This document shows positions 21,417 to 32,368 of a stretch of DNA of 64,000 bases, one piece after another. The notes beneath the pieces were generated by a model. The model was not told where the DNA came from, made no database searches, and saw only the letters and a program-made list of their open reading frames with translations. Position 1 is the first letter of the stretch. The number at the start of each line of letters is the position of its first letter. Position numbers and translations under genes: made by a program. The stretch is from contig CBDAOI010000003.1 of assembly GCA_965198005.1 (NCBI GenBank), positions 736,001-800,000 on the forward strand, read 5' to 3'. Source of the stretch: Spirochaetia bacterium (lineage in GTDB: Bacteria > Spirochaetota > Spirochaetia > SZUA-6 > Bin103).

Positions 21417-21632
21417 TGGCAGCTACCAGCTGAGAGAGCCTTGCCCCGAGGATTTATCCGGCGGAGGCAGCGATGGGAAAGCAGCTGGAACTGTTCGAAC
21501 GGGAGGATCGTTGGGTGCTGCGGCTGTGGCAGACGATCCCAGCGGGGACCAAGGAGTGTGTGATGGCCGTGCTGACGCAAATCGGCAAAGCCGCGCTCGC
21601 CAGGAAGGGGACCGAGCACAAGAAGGTCGACG

Positions 21633-23887
21633 ATGACGGCTGATGGGATCACCACGGGTCAGCGTAACCGTCTGGCGGTCGTCTACATCCGTCAGTCCTC
21701 GCCGCAACAGATAGCGCGCAACCCGGAGAGTCAGAGACGGCAGCGTGGGTTTGTGAACCGGGCGGTGCAGTTGGGCTGGCCGGCAAACCGTATCCGCGTC
21801 ATCGACGAGGATATGGGGCAGTCGGGGGCGCGATCGGGCAGCCGCCAGGGCTTCCAGCAGATGGTGGCCATGGCGGCGCTGGGCCGTATCGGGATCATTC
21901 TCGCTTTGGAAGTCTCGCGGCTGGCCCGCAGCAATGGCGATTGGTACCAGCTGCTGGACGTCTGTGCGGTCGCAGGTATCCTCATTGCCGATGAGGAAGG
22001 GCTCTACGATCCGGCGGCCTACAACGATCGGCTCCTGCTGGGGTTGAAGGGTACGATGAGCGAGGCCGAGTTGCACCTGATCAAACAGCGGCTGGTGGAA
22101 GGGATGCGGGCGAAGGCCCGGCGAGGCGAACTACGCCGCCGTCTGCCAGCGGGGTTTGTATGGGATCAGGCCGGACGGATTGTCAAAGATCCCAACGAGC
22201 AGGTGGTAGCGGCGATTGACGAGGTGTTCCATCGCTTTCGCAGAGTGGGCACGATTGGTCAAACGCAGCTGTCGCTGATCGACCAAGGGGTGGAGATTCC
22301 GGCACGGACCGAGCAAGGGACGTTGCGCTGGAGCCGCCCCAGTATTGGAGCGGTGGCACGGATGCTGAAGAATCCCACCTACGCCGGAGCCTACGTCTAT
22401 GGTCGCCGCCAGGTAGAGGAGCAACTGGACGGGTCTCTGAAGCCGCAGAAGCGAATGCGGGAAGTCGAGCCGCAGCGGTGGCACGCATTGCTGAAGGATC
22501 ACCACGAGGGCTACCTGAGTTGGGAGCAGTTCGAACACAACCAGAGGCAGATCAGGAGCAACCGGCGGGCGCCCGGCGAGGCTGGCGCACCCCGTGAAGG
22601 CGATGGGCTGCTGCAGGGCTTGGTGCTCTGTGGGATCTGCGGCAGGCGACTGCACATCGCCTACGGCAAGGGCTCCAAGCCATCGCGTTATTGGTGTGTC
22701 CAAGCTCGCCGCCAGAGTGGTGAGCCGACCTGCCAGAGCTTCGGGGCGCGGCGGCTCGAGCAGGCCGTCGAGCGGTTATTGCTGCAGTGTCTGTCGCCGT
22801 TAGGAATGCAGGCGATGTTGGAGGCGGCCCGGCTGCATGCCGAGGATGCTCAGCTGGAGCAGCAACGCCACGAACAGCGACTGGAGCGGGCACGCTACGA
22901 GGTGAGCCTGGCCCGCCGCCAATACGATGCGGTGGACCCTGAGAATCGGCTCGTGGCTCGGGAGTTGGAGAGCCGATATGAGAAGGCGCTATGTACCGAG
23001 CGCGATGTTCAAGCCGACGTCATGCGCGAGCTCGACAGGCTCCAGGAGCCCCTCAGCGCCGAACAGGAGCAGCTTCTGGAGCGCTACAGCGAGGACCTCC
23101 AGCCGTTGTGGAAGGCACCCACCACAGGAGCTGCCGATCGCAAGCGTATCGTGCGCTGCTTGATCGAGGCGGTGGTGGTCAGCGCATCTCGCGACAGCTC
23201 GACGCTCACGGCAAAGGTTCACTGGAAGGGCGGGTAGGTCACAGCGATCGAGCTGCCCAAAGGCCGCCCGGGCGTACATCGCTATGTCTCGCCTCCGGAG
23301 TTGGTGGAGCTCATTAGGACACTGGCAGCCGAGTTCACTGACGCCCAGATCGCGAGGATCCTAAGGCGCAAGAAACTGCTCACGCCCAAGGGCCACTCCT
23401 TCATGGCCTATCACGTGGCCAACGTGCGCCTCAAGCACGGTATTGCACCGGGGCCGCGGGTACCGCTACACGGGCAAGATCTCTACACTGCCGAGCAGGC
23501 CGCAGAGTTGCTGGGGGTGACCAACAGCACCGTGATCCGCTGGGTGGAAGCCGGTATGCTCCGCGGTACGCAGGTCACGGCGGGGGCACCGGTATGCTCC
23601 GCGGTACGCAGGTCACGGCGGGGGCACCTTGGAGGATCGTTGTCACCGACGAGGACATCGCCAAGCTCAAGCCTACCGATCACACCGACGGATGGCTCTC
23701 GCTGAAGGCGGCAGCGGCGGCGCTGGGCACCAGCCCGAATGCCGTTTTGCAAAGAGTCAGTCGCGGCGAGCTCGAGGGTGCTCGGGTTCGCTCAGGCCGT
23801 CGCATCGGTTGGAGAATTCGTTTACCAGAAACGACTTACGCAGATCAACCGGCGCTCTTTTCAAGCTCCGATGACCAACTTATGTGA
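21633..23887 (+). pseudogene. Large serine recombinase (resolvase + recombinase + Zn ribbon + HTH) with in-frame TAG at 23235-23237 and a frameshifting 38-bp duplication
   Basis: YIRQS, SRLARS, LLQGLVLCGICG motifs; continuation in ORFs 23301-23705 and 23594-23887. Confidence 0.88.
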
Positions 23888-23909
23888 GGTATAGCAGTAT
23901 GAACCGCAT

Positions 23910-24335
23910 TGTCCGTGCTGCGGCTCAGAGATGAGGGTGATTGCCCTCATTCACGACCCGGTGGAGATCAAGCGCATCGTTGACCATCTAATCAAAAGTG
24001 GCAGAGCGCCTCCAGGGCTGAAGGTGTCTTGAGTGAGTTGAGCTTCGACATCCTCGCTGCGCCCCCTCTCTGGCCTTAGCGCCCGCGAAAGCTGCCCTCC
24101 GTCTTTCCAGTCAGCTCACCTGCAGCGGTTGCAGAACACACCAGTTGACAGCTTTGGCGCTTTCACCTAAGGTCGGAGCGTTCTGGTGGGGGGCCGAGAT
24201 GAGGGCAGAGATGGGTATTGACAGATCGACAGCTTGGGCCCATGGTTCACCCATGTTGAGAGTTGATGCGGGGGGAGTGGAATCTGCCAGGGCGCGCTCG
24301 TCCGATCCCGCAGGCTCTGTCGGGGCCAACTTGCC
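23910..24335 (+). mobile_element. 3' remnant of IS91/ISCR-like element
   Basis: 23910-24032 translates CPCCGSEMRVIALIHDPVEIKRIVDHL...RAPP, typical of IS91-family C-termini; downstream sequence is repeated at 31931-32056. Confidence 0.7.
24218..24246 (+). promoter_or_regulatory. Candidate sigma70 promoter, second copy 31940-31968
   Basis: TTGACA-17 nt-CATGGT; the -10 box is a weak match. Confidence 0.4.
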
Positions 24336-24354
24336 AGCCTGCAGCAGCTCCCGT

Positions 24355-24775
24355 CCTTGTTCGCGGGTTTCCCAGGTACTATGGGCCTGTCCGACTTCCC
24401 AGCTCCGTTCATCGTCGGCGTACGTCCTTGGACTTCCCGACACGGCCTGCGACGCCATCCGCCACAGGCGAAGCTGGGATCTCCCGGCTCCCGCGCAAGG
24501 TGTTTCCGTACGTGCCCGGGGTCTTGGACCGCGCAGGGTCCCGTGGCGCCTCGCGATATCGGCGCCCCGGGTGTGGCCTTCCGCATCCTCCTACGGCGTC
24601 GGCACCCCAAAGTAATTCCTTTCGCGGCTCGATACCCGGCCCGCACGTACCCCTGTCAACGCTTCACCCCCGCCCTCGCGGGCGACGGCGCATGACTCGG
24701 GGCCGCCGTGGGTCGCTAACCCTTCGACGTATGACTCTTCCATTCACAACACCCTGCCGGTTTGTGCCGGCGCAC
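24355..24775 (-). ncRNA. Group II intron 5' remnant (domain I to about domain III), no ORF, no domain V/VI
   Basis: Minus strand starts GTGCG at 24775; intron-like segments GAAGCGTTGACAGGGG, AAGTCGGACAGGCCCATAGTACC; distal part parallels 56486-56642. Confidence 0.82.
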
Positions 24776-24861
24776 AGGAGGTTCGAATGATACTCAAAGA
24801 ACCGCACGCGCGCGCGGCGTGAGCCGGGGTGAACCCGCTGAGTCACACGCCGCGCGCTTTT
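24776..24861 (+). promoter_or_regulatory. RBS + leader ORF MILKEPHARAA* (24787-24822) + 12-bp GC stem + TTTT; attenuator-like
   Basis: AGGAGG; stem 24810-24821 / 24846-24857; four copies in the window. Confidence 0.6.
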
Positions 24862-24967
24862 AGTGAATTTGACTCTGACTGGCCGTCCGCGTTGCGGGCA
24901 TGAGAGTAGCCAGGGAGCGGTAATCCGCTACGCAATACTCTCGAAAAATCTACATACGGAGCTACGT

Positions 24968-26791
24968 ATGATTACTGTACAAATTACAATCATAAGGACC
25001 TTCGCGTTTGCGTTGGTCCTGGTCATGACCGCAACCGGCCTCTGGGCGGGTGGCGCAGAGGAGGAGCCGACAGCCGCCGCCGACAAGAGGTACGTGACCG
25101 ACCCCACCACCGGCAAGGCGGTGACCGCACCGGAGTATGGCGGGACATTGACCCAGGTCCTGAAATGGGGCGATGTCGACTTTCGACCGGATGCCTATAT
25201 TGGCGGTAATTTATCGTTACTCATCATCAGTGGCGTTCTAGAGAAGCTGGCCATGGTGGACTGGGCAATAGATAGGGACATATATCCTTTTTTCGGCGGC
25301 TACATGGCGCCTGTATTCGCCCTGACGGGGGCGCTGGCGGAAAGCTGGGAACAGCGTGATGACACAACTTATATCTTACACATCCGCCAGGGCGTTCACT
25401 GGCATGATAAGCCGCCGGTGAACGGGCGTGAGCTAACTGCCAAGGATGTAGAACATTCCTTTCACCGCATGTTGGGAAATAAATTGACAGGGACCGAGTT
25501 CAGTGAAGCCGAACCTTCCCCAGGGGGAGGTCACCTCGTAGCTTTGCCTTGGGAATCGGTAGAGGCCACCGACAAGTGGACGGTTGTTATGAAGCTGAAG
25601 GAGCCAAAAATCCTTGCCCTGGGTTATATCTTGGACTGGTTCAGTATGGTTATACAGCCCCCCGAGCTACTCGAGGAATACGGGGACGATTGGGATTGGC
25701 AGAATGTGGTCGGCACCGGGCCCTATATGATAACTGACTTGGTCCCGGTCAGCTCTGTGACCTGGACCAAGAATCCCAACTACTGGGGCTTCGACGAAAA
25801 ATACCCGGAGAACCGCCTGCCCTATATTGACACGTTAAAGGGACTTGTTATCATGGAAGTGGGCACATTTCTGGCGGGACTGCGCACGGGTAAGATCGAT
25901 TTCATAGGTTGGCCGGGCTCCTCTCAATTAAACGCTATAGACCAGGCAGAGAGCCTCATGCGGACCAACCCCGAACTCGTACTCCACACGTGGTCAGAAC
26001 GGTCGAATGCTGTTAGCGCGTTGAACCAGCGCCAGGCGCCCTATGACGACATCCGGGTGCGCCGCGCAATGCAGATGGCACTGGACCTCGAGACAATTAA
26101 CAATACCTACTTTAAGGGTTATGCAGAAACGTTACCTCGGGGGATGGTAGGCCTGGAATTCAAGGGGTATCACGTCCCATTTGAAGAGTGGCCCGAAGAG
26201 ATCAAGGGATACTATACCTATGACCCAGCAGGGGCCGAGAAGCTGCTTGATGAGGCTGGGCTTCCGCGTGGCGCCGACGGCATTAGATTCAAGACCACGT
26301 ACCTGCACCACCCGCGGCGTGATGTGAGCCTCACAGAATTACTGGCAGCACACTGGCGTGACATTGGCGTTGATGTGGTTATTGACACACCTAGCGGTGC
26401 AGAATTTAATACTAGAGTGAAAGTTGGAGATTTTGGTTTGTCCACGGATGTTGGGGGCGTCAAGGCTGATCCATTTTGGCAAGTCGGTAAGTTTCTCTCG
26501 GGCTCTGGAACGAACAGAGCTGGACTCTCCGACGCGCAATATGACGCCCTGTATGAAGCCGCCCCGGTGGCTACCACCATGGAGGAGCACGTGAGGCTGA
26601 TTAAAGAGATGGACTGGCGCATCATAGAGCAGCACTGGATGATCTGGGGGCCTTTGGCCCCAGCGTTTACCGTGCACCAGCCGTGGGTGATAGGTTATAA
26701 CGCCGAAGGCGGCTTTGGAGGAATGCAAAACCATGTTGTCTTCTCCCGCCTCTGGATTGATAGTGAGCTGAAGGAAGCAATGGGTCATTAA
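24968..26791 (+). CDS. ABC substrate-binding protein family 5 (SBP5)
   Basis: Signal peptide, PEYGGT, GTGPY, DDIRVRRA, RLWID. Confidence 0.93.
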   Translation: MITVQITIIRTFAFALVLVMTATGLWAGGAEEEPTAAADKRYVTDPTTGKAVTAPEYGGTLTQVLKWGDVDFRPDAYIGGNLSLLIISGVLEKLAMVDWAIDRDIYPFFGGYMAPVFALTGALAESWEQRDDTTYILHIRQGVHWHDKPPVNGRELTAKDVEHSFHRMLGNKLTGTEFSEAEPSPGGGHLVALPWESVEATDKWTVVMKLKEPKILALGYILDWFSMVIQPPELLEEYGDDWDWQNVVGTGPYMITDLVPVSSVTWTKNPNYWGFDEKYPENRLPYIDTLKGLVIMEVGTFLAGLRTGKIDFIGWPGSSQLNAIDQAESLMRTNPELVLHTWSERSNAVSALNQRQAPYDDIRVRRAMQMALDLETINNTYFKGYAETLPRGMVGLEFKGYHVPFEEWPEEIKGYYTYDPAGAEKLLDEAGLPRGADGIRFKTTYLHHPRRDVSLTELLAAHWRDIGVDVVIDTPSGAEFNTRVKVGDFGLSTDVGGVKADPFWQVGKFLSGSGTNRAGLSDAQYDALYEAAPVATTMEEHVRLIKEMDWRIIEQHWMIWGPLAPAFTVHQPWVIGYNAEGGFGGMQNHVVFSRLWIDSELKEAMGH

Positions 26792-26829
26792 GAGGGAGCT
26801 GGGGGGCTCAAGCCTCCCAGCTCCCACAC

Positions 26830-27215
26830 AAGATGTCATGGCGAGGCGCGCCTTCTTACTGTCATTGCGAGGAGTCCTTCGCAGAAGGACGACGAAGCAA
26901 TCTGGTTGAGGCAACGGGATCGTCTAAGTGGATTCCGGCTTTCGCCGGAATGACGGGGAGAATCAAGGGGGACACCCCCTTGAACCCCCGTTTCAAAGGG
27001 GTTTCACCCCTCTGGACTCTCCAAAACGGTGAGAGGCGAGTTTCTTCGCAGGGGTCATTCGCACCTTAGAGAGTGCCGCGCCCTTCAGTGGAAGGGGCCG
27101 GAATGACGTGGAAGGTGGATTCCGGCCCCGTATCCAGTCCGGGACCGGCTTTTCGCGGGAATGACGTGGAAGGTGGATTCCGGTTTTCACCGGAATGACG
27201 AGTGAAGTGGCAATG
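26830..27215. repeat. Cluster of REP-like palindromes
   Basis: GTCATTGCGAG...GAAGCAATCT, GGATTCCGGCTTTCGCCGGAATGAC, tandem GGAATGACGTGGAAGGTGGATTCCGG. Confidence 0.75.
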
Positions 27216-27244
27216 ACGGGGGAAATCGCGATGATGAGTGTGAC

Positions 27245-28255
27245 ATGAGAGCCTATATCATCAGGCGGTTATTGCTGATAATCCCCACCTTGTTTATATT
27301 GACCATCCTGGTCTTTCTCTCGGTCCGCTTCCTCCCGGGCGATGTAATAGACCGAATAGAAGCTAAAATGGAAGGCTTTGGCTCCACCATCAATATCGAG
27401 ATAGACCGTGAAGTTCTTGAGCGTATACTGGGATTAGACGTGCCTGTTCACGTGCAGTATGGACGCTGGATAGGAGTGTTGCCCACCCCTGACTGGGTTA
27501 CCGGTGAGTCCCACTTTAAAGGTCTCCTCCAGGGCACCCTTGGCGACTCACTGTTTGTTGGTTTTGCGGTAGAGGAGAGAATAATAGCTAGCCTGCCGGT
27601 AACCATTGAGCTTGGCGTCATGGCACTCGTAATCGGGTTCCTGATAGCCCTGCCAGTCGGCATCTACTCGGCGATTCGCCAGGATACCGCCGGCGACTAC
27701 CTCGGGCGCACCATCGCCATCATCGGCATGGCAACGCCTAACTTCTGGCTTGGAATTATGGTCATGATCTTCCCGGCAATCTGGTGGGGCTGGTCGCCAC
27801 CGATGGAGTGGATTCCTTTCACCGAAGACCCGCTGGGGAATCTCGGGGTGTTCATCATTCCCAGCCTGATTCTGGGGACGGCCATGTCGGCCGCCACCAT
27901 GCGGATGACGCGCACCATGATGCTGGAGGTGCTCAGGCAGGACTATGTCAGGACGGCCTGGTCCAAGGGTCTGAAGGAGAGGGTAGTTGTTATGAGACAT
28001 GCCATCAAGAATGCCCTCATCCCGGTAGTTACCCTCGTAGGCATGCAGTTGCCTATCCTGGTAGGTGGCTCCGTTATCATGGAGAACATCTTTAACCTGC
28101 CGGGGTTGGGTCGTCTCATGGTGAATGCCCTCAATGACAGAGACTACCCGGTGGTCTCCGGAGTCAACCTGGTTTTCGCCAGCGCGGTTATGGGGGCCAA
28201 TCTAATGATAGACATGATTTATCCTTATTTAGACCCCAGGGTCCGTTATAGATAA
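27245..28255 (+). CDS. ABC permease, DppB/OppB-like
   Basis: Family motifs. Confidence 0.93.
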   Translation: MRAYIIRRLLLIIPTLFILTILVFLSVRFLPGDVIDRIEAKMEGFGSTINIEIDREVLERILGLDVPVHVQYGRWIGVLPTPDWVTGESHFKGLLQGTLGDSLFVGFAVEERIIASLPVTIELGVMALVIGFLIALPVGIYSAIRQDTAGDYLGRTIAIIGMATPNFWLGIMVMIFPAIWWGWSPPMEWIPFTEDPLGNLGVFIIPSLILGTAMSAATMRMTRTMMLEVLRQDYVRTAWSKGLKERVVVMRHAIKNALIPVVTLVGMQLPILVGGSVIMENIFNLPGLGRLMVNALNDRDYPVVSGVNLVFASAVMGANLMIDMIYPYLDPRVRYR

Positions 28256-28273
28256 AGGAAGGAAATCGGGAAT

Positions 28274-29203
28274 ATGAGTGATGCCACAGGGAGACCATCA
28301 GCAGTAAGTGAGCCAAAGAGACGTAACGCGCTGGCTGATTTCCTTATCAGGCTGTGGAGGGAGAAGCCGCTGGGTACTGTCAGCGGGATTATCGTATTGC
28401 TCTTGATTCTTGTGGCTATCTTTGCCGATGTTCTGGCCCCTTATCCATATGATGAAATACACATGGCAGACAGGCTGACTGGCTCATCAGCAAAGTACCT
28501 GCTGGGCGCGGACCAGTTGGGGCGAGACTTCCTGAGCCGCATTATCTACGGGGCTCGTCTTTCCATAGTTGTCGGTCTGGCCGCGACCGCTCTCAATGTT
28601 GTGGTGGCTCTCCTGATAGGCGGCATTTCAGGATTCCTTGGCGGTAAATTGGACCTGGCTATGCAGAGATTTGTCGATGCCTGGATGTGTTTCCCGGGCC
28701 TGCTCCTGTTGTTAACCATCATGTCCATAGTGGGGAAGGGTATACCACAGATAATAGTGGTCCTGGGGATATCAGGAGGCATCGGTGGCTCAAGAATAGT
28801 CAGAGGCGCCGTTATCGGCGTCAAGGAGAATATGTATTTTCAGGCGGCAGAGGCGATTGGCTGCAAAAAATGGAGAACACTTATCAGACATGTCCTGCCC
28901 AATATTATGCCTATCGTAATCATCATATTTAGCATCAACATCGGGGGGGTGATTATCAGCGAGGCGTCCTTAAGCTTCCTGGGATTCGGTCTGCCGCCGA
29001 GTGTACCCAGCTGGGGAGGTCTGCTCAGCCGGGAGGGGCGTGTGTACATGGAAATGGCGCCACGGCTGGCTCTCTTGCCCGGTCTTTGCCTGACTGTTGT
29101 TGTCTACAGTCTGAACATGCTCGGCGACGCGCTTAGGGACCTGCTCGACCCGCGGCTGCGGGGCGGTGGTAGTCTCGGTGCCGGAGCCGCCGGGTCGGTC
29201 TAA
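28274..29203 (+). CDS. ABC permease, DppC/OppC-like
   Basis: Family motifs. Confidence 0.93.
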   Translation: MSDATGRPSAVSEPKRRNALADFLIRLWREKPLGTVSGIIVLLLILVAIFADVLAPYPYDEIHMADRLTGSSAKYLLGADQLGRDFLSRIIYGARLSIVVGLAATALNVVVALLIGGISGFLGGKLDLAMQRFVDAWMCFPGLLLLLTIMSIVGKGIPQIIVVLGISGGIGGSRIVRGAVIGVKENMYFQAAEAIGCKKWRTLIRHVLPNIMPIVIIIFSINIGGVIISEASLSFLGFGLPPSVPSWGGLLSREGRVYMEMAPRLALLPGLCLTVVVYSLNMLGDALRDLLDPRLRGGGSLGAGAAGSV

Positions 29204-29389
29204 GGAGAGCGCGCCTGCGGCGGCCTCGGGGCCACGCGCCTGCTGCGGGGCCGTGCACCCCACCGAGCAAGGCAAGGTGCGACGGGTCGGCCCCAGATGT
29301 CTTCCCGCTCGATCACCCCGACGCGGGCATCCTTCGGCTTCGCCACCACCGCCGCACCGACCCGTGCGTGCGCGGCCGGCAACCCGCGG

Positions 29390-29848
29390 GTCACGCCGGA
29401 TGCACGGTGACCTCCACCCGACGGCGCCATCCCTGCCGCCACGGGTGGCATGTAGCTCCCGGCCCGCGACAGGGACGTCGCGGGCTGGGAGCCCATCGGC
29501 CACTCCGGAGGCGCGCCCGGAACGCGCCCGACCACGTCAACGAGCGCCGGGCTGTGGATGGGCGTGACCTGGCCGGTCAGCTCGAAGCGGCGCCAGGCAC
29601 CGTACTGTCGGCGCATCATCGGGCACCGCAGACCGAGTCGGCGAAGTGCACGGGTAACTCATCACACGACTGACGCGTCGTCCGTGCATCGGAGAGAAGT
29701 GGCGGTCGCGGCCGAGCGACGCTGACGAAAAACGTCGGTCGCCGTCGTGCTCTGGCGCGATAGGAGACCAAGGAAGGATGGCGCCTCGCCGCGGAGAGCA
29801 GGCCGAGGTTGGTCTGCACTCCGCTTGTCGAAGGGGCCTTCGGACACG
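29390..29848. repeat. ~460-bp diverged repeat, second copy ~58221-58694
   Basis: Colinear similarity with indels. Confidence 0.8.
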
Positions 29849-30225
29849 TTCTGAATCGGCCAATGGGCCCTTGTGCCGGATCGCAGGTATCGCCATTGTG
29901 CTGATGTCGCGGGCGCACCGCTAGTGACGGTTGGCCGGTGGTGCCGGCGTGGATCGTGGCGGCGTGAGAGGTAGCGCTGCCACGTCATGCCGCCGCTTCA
30001 TCGGCCGCGGCAGAGTTCGTAACCGGTGACCTGCACCCGTGGCGCCCTCCCTGGCGCCACGGCTGGCATACGGCCCACAGACCACGACACGAGGTCGGGG
30101 GCTGTGGGCTGCTTCGCTGGTCCGGAGGGGGGGCCGGAAGGCGACCGAGCAGGTCGGCGAGCGCCGGGTTGTGCATGGGCGTGGCCTCGGCGGTCAGCGG
30201 GAAGCCGATACTCCGATCTCGACCC

Positions 30226-30822
30226 TCAGTACTCGTCGTCGCAGAGGCCGTCGCGGAACGTATGGGGCACCACCCAGTAGCCGTCGACCGTGGCGAACAG
30301 GTCGGCGGCCGCCACCCGACAGAACGCCGGAGCGACAGGCGGCCGCGAGGCCACCACGAAGGTCGGCTTGAGGTGGTAGAGCGCCGAGCGATAGGCAAGC
30401 CGCGAGCCCGGACCCCACTGCCGGTCGGCAGGGCGCTCGGGGAACAGCACCACCAGCGAGCTGCGCTTGACCAGCCACAGGGTACGCCGCGCCAGCGCTG
30501 CGTTGGGCGGGATGCCCTCGGGCACCACCGCCGAGGCGAACAGCCCCTCGGCCCGGCAGCGCCGTGCGCGCTGGCCGAACGCGCAGCCGACGAACACCTC
30601 GTCGGGGCCGCACGCTGAGTGGGCCAGCGCCGCGCGGAACGCCGCATCGACGCCGGTCGCGCAGCCCACGAAGAACCCGAACCCGTGGCGGCGGAACCGC
30701 TCGACCAGCGCGCGGCAGACCGGCTGCTCCACCTGCCCGCGGCGGCTGCCGGCAAACAGCACCGCGCGCGCCGCCACCTTGAACCGCAGCGCCGGCTGAC
30801 CGGAAACCTGAAAGCTCACCAT
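30226..30822 (-). CDS. DprA/SLOG-like Rossmann-fold protein
   Basis: FAGSR, VGCATGVD, ALARRT, GPGS motifs; AGGAGG RBS. Confidence 0.6.
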   Translation of the reverse strand: MVSFQVSGQPALRFKVAARAVLFAGSRRGQVEQPVCRALVERFRRHGFGFFVGCATGVDAAFRAALAHSACGPDEVFVGCAFGQRARRCRAEGLFASAVVPEGIPPNAALARRTLWLVKRSSLVVLFPERPADRQWGPGSRLAYRSALYHLKPTFVVASRPPVAPAFCRVAAADLFATVDGYWVVPHTFRDGLCDDEY

Positions 30823-31039
30823 CGATCGCACCTCCTGGTACTTGGTGCGGCGCCTAATTCGCACTCGGTTCCCAGCCGTCAAGCACTTTCTTCGCGCGAT
30901 CTGCGCTCTCGGTTCCCTCTCCCTACGGCAGCTCCGGCTCGGCGGCGCTAGCGATCAGGCGCTCCTTCTGGGCCGCGTGCGTCATCACGCTGCGCAGGTA
31001 CGCCTTGATGATGGTGCGGTACTCGGCCGGCAGCGGCCG

Positions 31040-31253
31040 TCAGGTGCCTTGTGTGGGGGATGTCCCCTTGCCGTCTCCACGAGAGGTCCGCTCGCGGGGG
31101 TGGTAGAGGCTGTGCACGCGCTTCAGATCGCCGATCTCCACCCGCAGGTACTTCTGCGTGGTCTTCAGCGAGGCGTGGCCGAGCAGCTTGGCTATGTGCA
31201 TCACGTTCGCATCGGCTCGCAGAAGATGGGTCGCCACCGAATGGCGAAACGTC
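31040..31253 (-). pseudogene. C-terminal fragment of XerC/D-like tyrosine recombinase
   Basis: TFRHSVATHLL...LLGHASLKTTQKY. Confidence 0.85.
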
Positions 31254-31760
31254 GCCACGTTTCGGCTATTCCTGTTCCCGTCGTGGGACCAGGTGCTGGT
31301 GCGGATGAACTCGCCGCCGCAGCCGCTGTCCGGGTAGCCGCTCCCTCGGAAACTGAACCTGCTCCCTGAACGATCCCTGACGGGGGCCGCGGCGCAGGTG
31401 TGCCGGCCGCGTCCGGGCAACCGCCCCCGAAGGGCCGATCGCCGCACCGCGCCAGCCCGCGGCATCGGCCGAGCGGCGGTGGCTGACGGTGGTCAGGTCA
31501 TCGCACGGGGCTGGCTTGACGGTGGCTAAATACTTCACCTGCAATCAGTTACAGAATTTCGGCCGGGTCGGACCGTGCGTGCATTCACTCGGTGGGCCAA
31601 CAGGTGGGCATGGTCGCGTTTCACACACTCGGAGGGCTTGAGCTTATGACAGGGCTTGCGATCTCGCCCTCAAGACTTTTTCTGTAACCTTTCGCCCGCA
31701 ATGTTGGTTTACTGTTTGGTTTACTGTTTATGATGCTTTGCCGTTCCCCGAGAATTGCTG
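31254..31760 (+). mobile_element. Right-end remnant of the ISNCY-type element; a second shortened right end follows at ~31813-31923
   Basis: Near-identical to 61908-62401, ending in GTTCCCCGAGAATTGCTG. Confidence 0.85.
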
Positions 31761-31930
31761 CCCGTGGCCGTCCGGTGCTTGTCTTTCACGGGAGGAATGG
31801 GTATTATTGGGTCGTGCATTCACGCGGTGGGCCAACAGGTGGGGCATGGTCGCATTTCACATACGGAGGGCTTGAGCTTATGACACTCTGCCCCTCTACC
31901 AGCCGTTCACCGAGAATTGCTGAACTTGCC

Positions 31931-32090
31931 AGATGGGTATTGACAGATCGACAGCTTGGGCCCATGGTTCACCCATGTTGAGAGTTGATGCGGGGGAGTG
32001 GAATCTGCCAGGGCGCGCTTGTCCGATCCCGCAGGCTCTGTCGGGGCCAACTTGCCCATCAGCGTCCAGATCGGATATAGTTCTTCCTAT
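31931..32090 (+). mobile_element. IS91-like 3' end with candidate oriIS terminus
   Basis: Repeat of 24209-24335 continuing to GTTCTTCCTATC, which resembles IS91/ISCR oriIS ends. Confidence 0.5.
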
Positions 32091-32157
32091 CACTTGGGGC
32101 GCGCACGCGGATCCCATCTTACGTCAGCCATCTGGCAGGGCACCCTGTGCCCCAAGA

Positions 32158-32243
32158 AGGAGGTGAAGATGATACTGAAAGAACCGCACGCGCGCGCGGC
32201 GTGAGCTGGGGTGAACCCGTTGAGTCACACGCCGCGCGCTTTT
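32158..32243 (+). promoter_or_regulatory. RBS + leader MILKEPHARAA* (32169-32204) + hairpin + TTTT
   Basis: Copy of 24776-24861 without the intron remnant. Confidence 0.6.
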
Positions 32244-32368
32244 AGTGAATTTGACTCAGACTGGCCGTCTGCGTTGGCGGGCGCGCCCGTGTTGCGGGCG
32301 TCAGAGTAGCCAGGGAGCGGCAATCCGCTCCGCAATACTCTCGAAAAAATCTACATACGGAGCTACGT

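Noticed and set aside
27099-27200. CRISPR array
   Set aside because: Only two to three REP-like units with palindromic spacers and no cas genes
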